This document shows positions 1-11,574 of a DNA stretch of 64,000 nt, in pieces (positions within the stretch are counted from its first letter, which is position 1; every line of letters starts with the position of its first letter). A program made the position numbers and the translations under genes. This DNA is from Haliotis rufescens (Eukaryota). Where the stretch lies: assembly GCF_023055435.1 (NCBI RefSeq), contig NW_025964223.1:55304001-55368000 (forward strand). Reading direction: 5' to 3'. The notes beneath the pieces are model-generated. The model was not told the DNA's origin. It worked only from the letters and a program-made list of their open reading frames with translations, and made no database searches.

Positions 1-818
1 GCAGTGTTGTATTGTATGATAAACAACCTCATGGTTTATTCTCCCTGCAGTGTTTTATTAACTATGGACAAAGAGTTGTTTATTTCTTTTGTGAGATATA
101 AACATTATGTACAGCCTCTTTAAGGATGTTGATGAAATGTACAAGCTTTAAAAATATTTTCCCAGATTTTAATAATGATGACTCCCTGAATAGAATCCGA
201 TCTCAGTAATGTCGGATAAGTCTATTTTAGGAACAGGTGGAGTAAGTTTTGTATTTCAAGCATATTCTCACAATCCTCACATCGATTATCTGTTACCTTT
301 TGCTCCTTATACCATGTATACCGATGGTCAATTCTCTCCTACTTTTGGATGCAATTGTTCGGCCACTGCCTTTATCTGCAAAGCCCGGCTACATATATGG
401 GGAACAACTTACTAGATATTTCCCTCTAAAAAAATAACGTTGTCCAATATATGACATCATCAAGTTGTGAGATCATATTCGTATCACCAGAAGTGACAAT
501 AAGATAGAACATGCTTCAGGTTACACAGGTTGAAAAGGATGATAATTAATCTCAATGTTGTTATGCTGTTGGCGTTTTTACTTTTTTCATATTTATTTGT
601 CCAAAAGCAACTCAACTTGATTGGGTAATAGTGATTTAATTCGCATATTTTACACAAATAAGCAGCTTATCTGGAACCCTGTCAATCTTTGGACATGTCC
701 TATCTTTTTCATGGTTCTTTTTCCAACCACAGTATATATTTGTCCCAAATTATATTCCAGTGGAATTCGGTAACCATGACAATGAACTTGATAAATTAGG
801 CATGTACTACATTTACAG

Positions 819-3800
819 TGGATCCTGGATCATGACATCAGTCAGCTTGGCCTTGACCTTACATTCTCCGTGGAAACGGATGTGTTCGGGGTGCTCCAAG
901 AAGTAGACCTGAAACCAGGGGGCAGCAGAATACTTGTCACAGACGCCAACAAGGTCAGGGTCACATCAACCTGACGCGTGAAGATCCAGGGTAGAGGGGT
1001 CTTCAGCAGCCCATGCTTGTTTGTAAGAGGCGACTAACGGGATTGGGTGGTCGGTGTTCAATTGAGTGGATCGATGCTCATGGTGTCAATCACTGGATTG
1101 TCTGGTCCTGACTCGATGATTTACAGACCGCTGTCAAATAGCGCAAATATTGCTGAGTGCGGTGTTTAACAACAAACAACAAGCAACAAATTATACCAGC
1201 ACAACCTTTGTCTGCACCTTGTTGCTTGTTGCAACATACTTATGCTGATGGGTTTACCCGGGGTGGTCGGGTAGCTTAGCGGTTTAAGCGTTCGCTCATC
1301 ACACCGAAGACCCGGGTTCAATTCCCGACATGGGTACAATGTGTGAAGCCCATTTCTGGAGTCCCCTGCCGTGATATTGCTGGAATATTACTAAAAGCGG
1401 CATAAAACCAAACTCACTCACTCACTGATGAGTTTCCCCAAAGTTAGATACATTATGGAGCTTTTCTTCCATATCTCACTTTGTACAGGAATTTGATGAC
1501 AATGTAAGCAGCTCTTTTGCCTTATCCTTCTCTAGTTGTATGGCATCAAGATGTAATTCTAGTCATGTATGATCAGATGTGGTCCATATTTGATTATCTC
1601 AATAACAAACGGATTTGGTAATGATCTCCATGAACCTCCTTTGCTCTAGGCTGAGTATGTCCAGCTAGTGACCGAGCTACGCATGACACGAGCCATCATG
1701 CCCCAGATCAACAGCTTCCTGTCTGGTTTCCATGACTACATTCCTCATAGTCTTGTACAACTCTTTGATGAGTATGAACTGGTAGGTGCTGATTTTACGT
1801 AGTACTGTTTATGACTTCACTAAATATCTGTTGGGTTGTGTGGTAGCCAAGTGGTTAAAGGGGAAGTGTACACGCAAAAATCACTTTCTTTCTTTTTCTA
1901 AACAAAACGCAATTTTAGAATTAGTTAGTATCTGTGTTTGAAAATATACACTCATTTTTTCTCACAGTGAAAGTAGGAAGCTCACAATAGTGTTAAAATG
2001 ATATGCCGTTATGAGGCCTTCGTTTTACGAGCAAAATAGGCCTGAGTTATCCCCCTTAGATTATGACGTAATTGGTGCTAATTCAACTGGGTCCCTGTCT
2101 ATTCTCAACGCAAAAGATATCAAGGACCAGTTTTTATGTAAAACAACATGGTCTACGACACACTCCGGCGCAGTGGTGACTCAGTATAACACAATTCTGG
2201 CTGGCATCTGAGACGCTAAAATCACAAAACTGTACCTACACCACGTGAAGCGGCTCTAACAAAGCATGATGACGTCATAATGTTTATCAATTGGCACCAA
2301 TGATGTCATATTGCAAGGGGCATAAGCCATGGTGTTTTTGTTATGGAAATAGAACACTTAGTAAATGTGAAAAATATAAATCGTTTTAATGCAAAGAATA
2401 TGTTAATTAAATATGATGTTTTTATATTTTTGTCTATGACACTTCTATGTTAACACTTTTAATGTGGAAAAAGTACAAGAAAAATTGGTTCATTTCCGTG
2501 TGAACTTGCCCTTTAAGGCATATGGTTATCCTGGGTTCAATTCCCCACATGGGTACAACGTGTTTAAAGTCTTTTCATTGTGTCCCCGGCCTTGATATTG
2601 CTTGAATATTGCTACCTTTGCCCCTTACATACTCTCTTGATCTTTGTGAGACTTTTGTTTGAAATAGCATGATTTGGTAGTGGGTTTATGTAGGAAGAGT
2701 TTTTTATCAACTGTTTTACTATGCCAAGAGAAATAAAGTACTTGATATGAGAGGTTCCAGTGCTCCTCTGACTGTGTTGTGATAGGGTAAATGTGTGCTG
2801 TAGGAATTGATGGTGTCAGGTCTTCCTGACATTGACCTGTATGAACTGTGTTGTGATGGGCTGAATGTGTGTTGCAGGAGCTGATGGTGTCAGGTCTTCC
2901 TGACATTGACCTGGATGAACTGTGTTGTGATGGGCTGAATGTGTGTTGTAGGAGCTGATGGTGTCAGGTCTTCCTGACATTGATCTGGGTGAACTGTGTT
3001 GTGATGGGCTGAATGTGTGTTGTAGGAATTGATGGTGTCAGGTCTTCCTGACATTGACCTGGATGAACTGTGTTGTGATGGGCTGAATGTGTGTTGTAGG
3101 AGCTGATGGTGTCAGGTCTTCCTGACATTGATCTGGATGAACTGTGTTGTGATGGGCTGAATGTGTGTTGCAGGAGCTGATGGTGTCAGGTCTTCCTGAC
3201 ATTGACCTGGCAGACTGGGAGGCTAACACCGGCTACACTGGCTATACTGTAGACACTCCAGTCATACAGGTAACTTATACCATCAAGCTTTTATATGTCT
3301 CTGTGGAGATCTGACACACACTCCATAGGTCAAGACCAGACCTGGAGAGGTTCTTGAACAGATCTGATTTAATGAGATTATAACATGAAAAGGAAATTTA
3401 TACTATCTGCAAAATTGTGAATATCTCGGTCAATATAAAGATTACAGTTATGCTCGTTCGTTTCGGTAATCTTGGTATGTCATTTTGATGCAATTATTTA
3501 TTGTGAACAGATTTACCCAAATCCCATTGTATCCGACTTGATGTGTAATACAATCTCAATGCCATCGCCCCTCTGCAATTTCATCGAAAATCTGTTTTCC
3601 TTTTGCCCAAGGTTATTTATCTAACGTTAAAATACTGGCTTCTGATTTCTGATGAAGAAGCGGGCAATCCTTTTCAATGTAGCCCGCTCATGTACCTCAC
3701 TGAGAAATAATTGTAACATACCTTTGGTAACTTTTGGTAAGTATTGTTGAGCTGAAATGAACTGATGTTTATCCGAATACATTGGGTAAAGGGAAGTAAC

Positions 3801-6187
3801 TGGGTTTGTTTGCATTGTCTGCTAGGTGTCAAACTGGTTGAATTAAAGTGTTTTCCTCATAACTGCCAAATTATCTATTTAAGAAACTAAAACTCTATCT
3901 GTGTGATGTGACTCATCAAATGCAGAGCACTGTTTCTAGCTGTGTGATGTTCTGTTGTCCAGTGGTTCTGGGAGGTGGTAGGCGACTTCACACAGCAGGA
4001 AAGGGTCCTCATGCTGCAGTTTGTGACTGGCAGGTCAGTGGCTATACAAGGGACAACTTATCAATACAACATCAACGTCATATGCTCACATCTGTTGTTA
4101 TTAATTACCATATTTTCTTGAGTATAGTGCGCACCTGAGTATAATGCGCACCCCCCTCCAGTGGATTCAGTTTTTTGGAGAAAAAGAATGTGAACATTAA
4201 GCGCAGAAAAAAATTACACCGTACCTCTTCAGCGAATTCCGGTGATGAGAAACTTGGTCAGTACAAATTTGAAATTAGAGATAAAAAAATCACCAGACAT
4301 GTTGATTTACCGTTTAAATTGAATTTTTGTTCTGCTTCGCATTGTTTTACATCCAGGGATTAAGTTTTACATCCAGGGATTAAGATTACCTTGTGTATTT
4401 TGTGTAACAAATCTGGTGTTAGTGGCCCTCATATAAACAAGTATATAATTGTTTATGGCTGTAATTGTAAGAATGTTGGGAATCAGTGTAGTCAACAGGG
4501 AATTATTAAACTACCAGCATGGCTGATTCAATTTGTGGTCTTTATGTCCAGTTCCCGAGTGCCATATGGTGGGTTCGCTAACCTCAGCAGCAGTGGAAGT
4601 CACCAGCAGTTCACCATCAGCCACGTCCCTTACACTGCTGGTAAACTCCCCACAGCATCAACATGGTGAGTATGTCACATACCTTTATGGAAGTCACCAA
4701 CAGTTCACCATCAGCCACGTACCTTACACTGCTGGTAAACTCCCCACAGCATCAACATGGTGAGTATGTCACATACCTTTATGGAAGTCACCAACAGTTC
4801 ACCATCAGCCACGTACCTTACACTGCTGGTAAACTCCCCACAGCATCAACATGGTGAGTATGTCACATACCTTTATGGAAGTCACCAACAGTTCACCATC
4901 AGCCACGTACCTTACACTGCTGGTAAACTCCCCACAGCATCAACATGGTGAGTATGTCACATACCTTTATGGAAGTCACCAACAGTTCACCATCAGCCAC
5001 GTACCTTACACTGCTGGTAAACTCCCCACAGCATCAACATGGTGAGTATGTCACATACCTTTATGGAAGTCACCAACAGTTCACCATCAGCCACGTACCT
5101 TACACTGCTGGTAAACTCCCCACAGCATCAACATGGTGAGTATGTCACATACCTTTATGGAAGTCACCAACAGTTCACCATCAGCCACGTACCTTACACT
5201 GCTGGTAAACTCCCCACAGCATCAACATGGTGAGTATGTCACATACCTTTATGGAAGTCACCAACAGTTCACCATCAGCCACGTACCTTACACTGCTGGT
5301 AAACTCCCCACAGCATCAACATGGTGAGTATGTCACATACCTTTATGGAAGTCACCAACAGTTCACCATCAGCCACGTACCTTACACTGCTGGTAAACTC
5401 CCCACAGCATCAACATGGTGAGTATGTCACATACCTTTATGGAAGTCACCAACAGTTCACCATCAGCCAAGTACCTTACACTGCTGGTAAACTCCCCACA
5501 GCATCAACATGGTGAGTATGTCACATACCTTTATGGAAGTCACCAACAGTTCACCATCAACCACGTACCCTACACTGCTGGTAAACTCCCCACAGCATCA
5601 ACATGGTGAGTATGTCACATACCTTTATGGAAGTCACCAGCAGTTCACCATCAACCACGTACCTCACACTGCTGGTAAACTCCCCAATGAGAGTCACATG
5701 ATCTCAGCTCAATCGAATAGCTGTTTTCTATCAAGTTTGAATTTGTTTAACTCTTTTACAATGTCATATTAGAACATGTCGGTTGGATAAATTGGTTGTA
5801 GCAGAACCACGAGGGGTACATTTGGTTGAATGCGTCCCGCGTTAGCATACGTGGGACGCATACTACTAAATGTACCCCTCGTGATCCTGCTACAACTTAT
5901 GATGTTTGCTTTAAACAAAAGAAACTATTGAGACTGGATGTGGGGTATAAGCCATCCAAGGAGAGTTGTTTGATATGGTTTCCAAAACATTCATACATTC
6001 TCACATGGGTGCAAAGATGACCTGTGTCCAATATTATGCATTCTTGGTGCTGAAAATATATTTTCCATTCATTTCCTCTTCCAGTATCAACCTCCTGAAA
6101 CTTGCTGAATATCCTACAAAAGAAGAACTGAAACGCTGCTTGATGATAGCTCTTCAGTGTGGAAGTCAAGGATATGGACTTGTCTGA
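819..6187 (+). CDS. HACE1: HECT E3 ubiquitin ligase HACE1, 3' part (last 6 coding exons; 5' exons lie upstream of the window)
   Basis: GT-AG exons 819-953, 1650-1781, 3174-3269, 3963-4033, 4552-4665, 6085-6187 splice in frame to [24 protein letters not shown]...[24 protein letters not shown]...[15 protein letters not shown]...WFWEVV...[18 protein letters not shown]...[22 protein letters not shown]...CGSQGYGLV*. This closely matches the HACE1 HECT C-terminus. The catalytic Cys codon is split TG|T by the last intron. Confidence 0.93.
976..1190 (+). mobile_element. SINE-like family B (CCCGTGAAGATCC... body, (CAAA)n tail)
   Basis: ~230-270 bp interspersed repeat. Other copies at about 12564-12800(+), 12826-13065(-), 14246-14501, 41683-41980, 42509-42780, 47082-47240, 49006-49270, 50065-50306, 52545-52808 and 53745-54052(-). 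Ends GCTGGAATATTGCTGAGTGCGGCGTTAAACAACAAAC. Confidence 0.75.
1260..1426 (+). mobile_element. tRNA-derived SINE family A
   Basis: Box A (TAGCTTAGCGG) and box B (GGTTCAATTCC), tail GCTGGAATATT...(ACTC)n; many copies in the window. Confidence 0.85.
1859..2512. mobile_element. Non-autonomous DNA transposon, Kolobok-like, inserted into a family A SINE
   Basis: TTAA target duplication (1855-1858, 2513-2516) and TIRs AGGGGAAGTGTACACG / CGTGTGAACTTGCCCT. The SINE head lies to the left and the SINE remainder (GGGTTCAATTCCCCACATGGGTACAA) to the right. Confidence 0.75.
2769..3210 (+). repeat. 74-bp tandem repeat x6 containing a HACE1 splice acceptor plus the first ~36 nt of the exon
   Basis: AG|GA(G/A)(C/T)TGATGGTGTCAGG starts at 2804, 2878, 2952, 3026, 3100 and 3174; only the last copy continues into the real exon. 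Confidence 0.95.
4594..5686 (+). repeat. 94-bp tandem repeat x~11.6 containing the 3' 72 nt of a HACE1 exon plus the GTGAGT donor
   Basis: Donor TG|GTGAGT recurs every 94 bp from 4666 to 5606 (11 copies); the first copy is the real exon end. Confidence 0.95.
5795..5896. repeat. ~100-bp near-perfect inverted repeat (foldback/MITE-like) in the last HACE1 intron
   Basis: GTTGTAGCAGAACCACGAGGGGTACATTTGGT..ATGCGTCCC pairs with GGGACGCAT..ACTAAATGTACCCCTCGTGATCCTGCTACAAC. Confidence 0.8.
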
Positions 6188-7448
6188 TGATAGCTCTTCA
6201 GTGTGGAAGTCAAGGATATGGACTTGTCTGATGATAGCTCTTCAGTGTGGAAGTCAAGGATATGGACTTGTCTGATGATAGCTCTTCACTGTGGAAGTCG
6301 ACATTCTCGTTAAAATCTGGTCTTGGTCCTTACTTACTTACTTATATTAGGGATTTAATGTGCGCTTTCCGACTGAAAGCGTATGTCGCACACAGGGTCT
6401 TGGTCCTCGCTACTGCAACACATATATCTGATTACATCCCATTACAGATTACATCAGAACGACCTTTCATCCAACCAATCATGGCGGCACTTACGAGATT
6501 GCGAAAGTTAAAATCCAATTCTGTTTTCTAATCATGCAGCCTCCGAAAGGTTAACAAGAGACATTCCAAATGACAGTTACACATCTCATTCCATTAAAGT
6601 CATCATCTGTCTCTCACTTCAATGGCATAAACATTTGAAACGGAAGATACTTTCATTAGTCCATTGGAATTACAGCCATACAATGTTGGCCATCAGACAT
6701 TCCAGAATTTTGTTTTGTTCAGTTTCCAAATTTGAATCAACAACTTGTCAAAGTATTGTTCACAGCATAGTATGGAATGGAAGTCACCAGTTTGGAAATA
6801 GTGACTTCCATTCCAGCCAGCAGTTTGATTGGCTAGTCATTTAATTTGTCGATAAAAGGTTGTTCCGACGTGAACTGCATTGGATGTCCTCAGACCTTTG
6901 TGTAGTGGTAGCCCATATGAAGATTTGATTTTAATGAGATTGGGACGTCAAGGATATGGCCTTGTTTGATGACAACTTTTCAGTGTGGAAGTCAAGGATA
7001 TGGCCTTGTTTGATGACAACTCTTCAGTGTGGAAGTCAAGGATATGGCCTTGTTTGATGACAACTCTTCAGTGTGGAAGTCAAGGATATGGCCTTGTTTG
7101 ATGACAACTCTTCAGTGTGGAAGTCAAGGATAGGGCCTTGTTTGATGAACACTCTTCAGTGTGGTAGTCAAGGATAGGGCCTTGTTTGATGACAACTCTT
7201 CAGTGTGGAAGTCAAGGATATGGCCTTGTTTGATGACAACTCTTCAGTGTGGAAGTCAAGGATATGGCCTTGTTTTATGACAACTCTTCAGTGTGGAAGT
7301 CAAGGATATGGCCTTGTTTGATGACAACACTTCAGTGTGGTAGTCAAGGATAGGGCCTTGTTTGATGACAACTCTTCAGTGTGGAAGTCAAGGATATGGC
7401 CTTGTTTGATGACAGCTTTTCAGTGTGGTAATCAAGAATATGGACTGA
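6141..7448 (+). repeat. 44-bp tandem repeat (~15 copies) of the last HACE1 codons plus stop, split by an insertion
   Basis: TGATGATAGCTCTTCAGTGTGGAAGTCAAGGATATGGACTTGTC x~3.6 at 6141-6299; variant unit x~11.4 at 6947-7448. Confidence 0.93.
6300..6946. mobile_element. ~650-bp insertion inside the 44-bp array, probable non-autonomous DNA element
   Basis: Repeat phase resumes exactly across the insert (GAAGTC ... GTCAAGG, possible GTC duplication). Imperfect TIR TCTCGTTAAAATC / GATTTTAATGAGA. Confidence 0.55.
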
Positions 7449-7766
7449 TGATCTCATAATGCAATCAACATGCCATAATTTCTCCTTCAGAGGCCAGGTA
7501 TTCATCTGAAGTTGACCATGGGAATTGAGGAACTGTATGTGGCTTCAGTGCAAAATCTACTGACTGGCCATAAGATAGATTCCATGACATTACAAATTTA
7601 TTTTGGTACACCTTTATAATCAACTCGAAAAATAATCAAGAGCTAGGCCTAAGCCAAGGATATGTAAAGAGCAAGTGCAGAAATAGAACAGCCTTGACCT
7701 CTATTGGAGTATTTTGGTAGATCAATACATATCGCTTTTGCCTTTCCAGACCACTATACACTGTGC

Positions 7767-8154
7767 TAGGGCTGGGACAGGTAACTCAGGTTCTTGGGTG
7801 GGACCCGGGTACCCAGAGGACCCGTGGTTAGTCATGTGATATGTTGTTTAATGACAATAAACACTCAAAATCAAGTGTTACACTACAAGTCCCTAGATGT
7901 TCACATTTCTTTCTAACTATGCACTCATTCCTTCTGACTTATATATATATATTTGAGTAAAGATGAAGTTTCAGTCAACTTCAGTGAATGAATGACCAGA
8001 TCATTTTATGCATGAATCTAAGTAGTTTTTGCCAGGGCTCTGGTAAAACAATTCCCATTTTGTGACTCTTCAGACCTACAGCGGGTTTCCGGGTAGGGTC
8101 GGCTAATTGGGGCCTGGGTACCCGGGTAGCAAATGTGGACTCCTCCCAGTCCTA
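7767..8154. mobile_element. hAT-like MITE (degraded)
   Basis: Ends TAGGGCTGGGA / TCCCAGTCCTA with subterminal GGGTACCCG motifs; 8-bp TSD only weakly preserved. Confidence 0.5.
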
Positions 8155-9144
8155 CGCTTTGTTGCCTTTGACACTCCAAGGTCAGGAATCCCTGTGCTGC
8201 ATTGCTTGTGTGTTCTCTTTGCAATGTTTGCTATGTATTTATAGCCTGCCTATAACTTGAGTATTATGAAGAAACTGACACCTTTAGTTCATGTCTTTTT
8301 ATCAAATGTACTGTATTCGACGTAAGAAGCGCCCACGGACATATTTGCAATGTATTAATAGCCTGCCCACGGCGATATTTGCTAATATATTGGCTGGTGA
8401 ACAATCCCCAATTAGCACCCCTTCCCACTGATCAATGTACACAAGACTTATTTATTCGTGTATAATACGCACTCATGTGTTATATGCACCCTTAATTATG
8501 GACAATTAAATTCTTGAAAATATATATGTCATGTATAATACGCACCAACTTTTCTTTTGTATCATTTAAGGTTGTCAGCATTAACCACAAAATTTACAAT
8601 TTACAATTTTCAACTCTGTTTTTTTTCTCACCAAAATTATATTCTAATAAGAGCCCCCTATTTCTAATTTTGAGAGCGCCCTTGGCGCTTGTTATGTCGA
8701 ATATGGTATGCATATTTCCTGATGTCAGGTCTGGCTATGCTGGATGTCTGTTCAAAAGTCTGGATAATAATGAACTGGTTTCTCTGGTTCAAGATGAACT
8801 TGAAACCAAATGTATGTATGTCTTCACCTACACCTAAGAAAATCAGCTTGGGCTAAAGACTTGTTCTTGTACAGTGGGATATTATACCTCTAAAATCAGC
8901 CTTTTTAGCACATTTTATCTTATATCTTATCAAGTGAAAAATTGTCAGATCTTCTCTGACAAATGAACATACAATCCCCAGCAAACTGGGGTCCTGGCAA
9001 GGTCTTACCACTATTTTAACCCATATGTGTCGAATTCCCTGTTGTGATCGAGTTCAGTATAATCCCAAGGGTTTTTTAATAATAACTTATCAGTAGCCCT
9101 GGTAAGTCAAACTAAAAAAATGGACAAGTAAAACTATTTATCTG

Positions 9145-9246
9145 GGCCCCATTCCTCAAAGTGATCTTAGCACCAAGGTGATCTCATCTCCCATACTTTA
9201 ACATAGGCAAACAATCATGGTAGCGTTAGGATTGTGGAACACAGCC
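9145..9246. mobile_element. Short PIF/Harbinger-like MITE
   Basis: CTG flanks, GGCC-type termini; homologous to the palindromic MITE at 21551-21657 and to the ends of the 54632-57245 element. Confidence 0.55.
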
Positions 9247-9530
9247 CTGGTCCCAAGGAGTTCAAGACATCGGGGTGCGACTTTAGCAGATTACTTTCAT
9301 AACAACTTCTAAAACTTTACTCTTTCTAATATCATGCAAATCTTTTAGACCAAAAAGTACTCTTTGTTTTACCTCATCCTTAAAAAAACAAAACCTCTTA
9401 TTTGTTATTAAAATATCAATTCCTCATAAACAGAAGTTTTTTTCAATAATATCTTGAAGAATGATTGGTTTTTAACATTAATTTGGGTTTTTAGTTGTAT
9501 CTTATCACACTCATCTTGGTCTACATTTTA

Positions 9531-9770
9531 GGAGCCACAGGTAGCCCAATTGTCTAAAGCGCCGCAATTTGCTGTGCAGAGTTGCATCCCTTGTGCACAA
9601 AACCTACGACTGGAGTTTGAATCCCGGTTCGCCCCAATTATGTTTCAAGGTTTGTCAGCACCATACCCTTGCTCGTGGGTTTCACCAAAATGGTAAATGT
9701 CCAACATTAAGCTAACACGACGTGATATAACTGGAATATTGTTTCAGCAGCGTTAAACCCAACTCACTCT
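9531..9770 (+). mobile_element. tRNA-derived SINE family D (expanded head)
   Basis: Box A-like TAGCCCAATTG, box B GTTTGAATCC, CGTGGGTTTCACC body, shared tail and (ACTC)n. Minus-strand copies at about 54356-54598, 57803-58045 and 61345-61596. Confidence 0.65.
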
Positions 9771-10980
9771 ATATATATCATTTCATGTTTTGACCTCACC
9801 CAAGTCATTTAGAAATGGGTTGGGCTTAAAGTCTGGAAAATTCCAAAATTGTATATAGTTCCTGGCACTCCAGAACTCTTAGCATATGGTAACCATGTTG
9901 ATGAGAAATTACACCCTTTATTTCTGTGATATGTTTATGTTTTTGACTTTAAAAATATGAATCTTTTTAACGCTTTACATTCAGAATATTTATATCTTTG
10001 TTACATTGTTGTTCGACATTTCATTTTAATCAAAATAACGACATAATAGTACTTAGCGTTCATGTGTTTTGTAAATTGTGTTTGCATCATTTTAAGTTCT
10101 GTTCTAAGTTTTTACTGAACAAAAGATCCATGTTTTCTGGTGCAGGCATGTGTGGTTTGTCAAGTTTTTATACCCACTCCCGGTCTCATTGCTATGTTTT
10201 GTTTTGTTTTAACTTCAGGTGTATCGGCTGATAAACCTCTCCTTTTCATGTACATGTTTAAGAATGGAATACACTGACACATTTTTCATGTTGCCAATTT
10301 ACAAGAATGAGCTCTTGCAGTTCCAGACTTGATTTAGTATATGTCAATGGTATGAGTTTATTTTCCCACAGTGATTCAAACTTAAACCTTATTGTGAAGC
10401 CAGACATTTCTGCTCAGTCACCATAGTTGAGTGGAAGAGGAGGTACTGGGAAATTGTTGAGGTTTGAAAGAATGTATATTTATGAATATTTCATGTCTGT
10501 TTCAGTGGGATCAGTAGTCTGTCTTACAGACCCTGATACAAATATATATCAAATACAGCCCATGCAAGTCTATAATGTTTGGCAATTCTAGATCACTGCA
10601 GTATCAGGGTCTCCTAAAATGAAGAGAGTCACTGGGCTCCTTTTTATTATATTTTTATTAAGATAACTGAACAACTGTTTTTTTATGTACGATATGTTCA
10701 TTTCAGAGACTAGATGTTAGTCTATGGGATCAGTTGTGTTTCCACATGAATCTGAAGCTCTGATTACACAAGGAAATTGTATGCCTTTTTCACTATGAAA
10801 GACACCCCTCAATACATGTGTATTTCTAAACAGTGTTCAGAATAGCTGCCTGCCCGCCAGCCAAGTGCCAGTGAATTTTATATTGGGCTGGTCACATTTC
10901 TGTAAATCTGGCCTGACTGTTCAGTTGAAAATTATTGTCAATACCTACCTATAAGGAAGAGAATATACGGATGTCAGCTT

Positions 10981-11040
10981 CTTTATTATGAGGAACACAA
11001 CGTTTCAGAGTATACGCTTAGTCCTTCATCAGGTGAGTGA
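10981..11040 (-). other. Minimal hammerhead-ribozyme-like motif, Penelope-like element terminus
   Basis: Minus strand reads CAC-CTGATGA-AGGACTAAGCGTATACTCT-GAAAC-GTT-GTG followed by AATAAA. Confidence 0.5.
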
Positions 11041-11574
11041 ATGCCATGAGGCAGAGAGCATATATGTACATGTAAGGACATAAAAATTAATAAGATAACA
11101 AAAGATGGAAACTGACAAAGCGTGGAAACTAACAAGGGAAGCCAACAGATCAGTTCAAAGAACTAACACCTACCTTTTTCTACGAATCATCAAGTCAGTT
11201 AAGCTGTCATTTAATGTCAAAGTGAGTTGCCATATTGTTTTCAGTTCAAAGTTTATCGGAAACCCACACAAAGTAGCAAACTGGGCATTAACTGATTATG
11301 ACTGACACACATGTACATGCGTTATTAGTGATGTGTGTGAAAGTATAACAAAACGTATTTTACCAAGCAGCCATGCAACTTTGCCGTAGTGTAGCAAATT
11401 GGTCTAAAAACACACAAAATACATTTAGGTTAACACGAAGTATGTAGGCTGTAGCCATAAAGTAGGGTTAGTGAATATGATGAGGGCTTGTAGCATATGT
11501 CTTTAACAAGCCCTCCTGGCCAGTGAACTTTGAAATCTAATTCATACACTGCAGACACAATTTATGGATAACAA

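Noticed and set aside
1-460. Possible additional HACE1 exon after CTGCAG at 50, and ORFs 209-437
   Set aside because: No HECT-like translation; the preceding exon must lie upstream of the window.
1260-1335. tRNA-like sequences (also at 13681, 51684, 59420 and others)
   Set aside because: Box A/B heads continue into SINE bodies and tails with TSDs; they are not tRNA genes.
4533-5772. Series of identical 64-aa ORFs
   Set aside because: Translations of the 94-bp intronic repeat, not separate genes.
2769-7448. CRISPR-like appearance of regularly spaced repeats
   Set aside because: Units are contiguous with no unique spacers, derive from host exons, and the context is eukaryotic with no cas genes.
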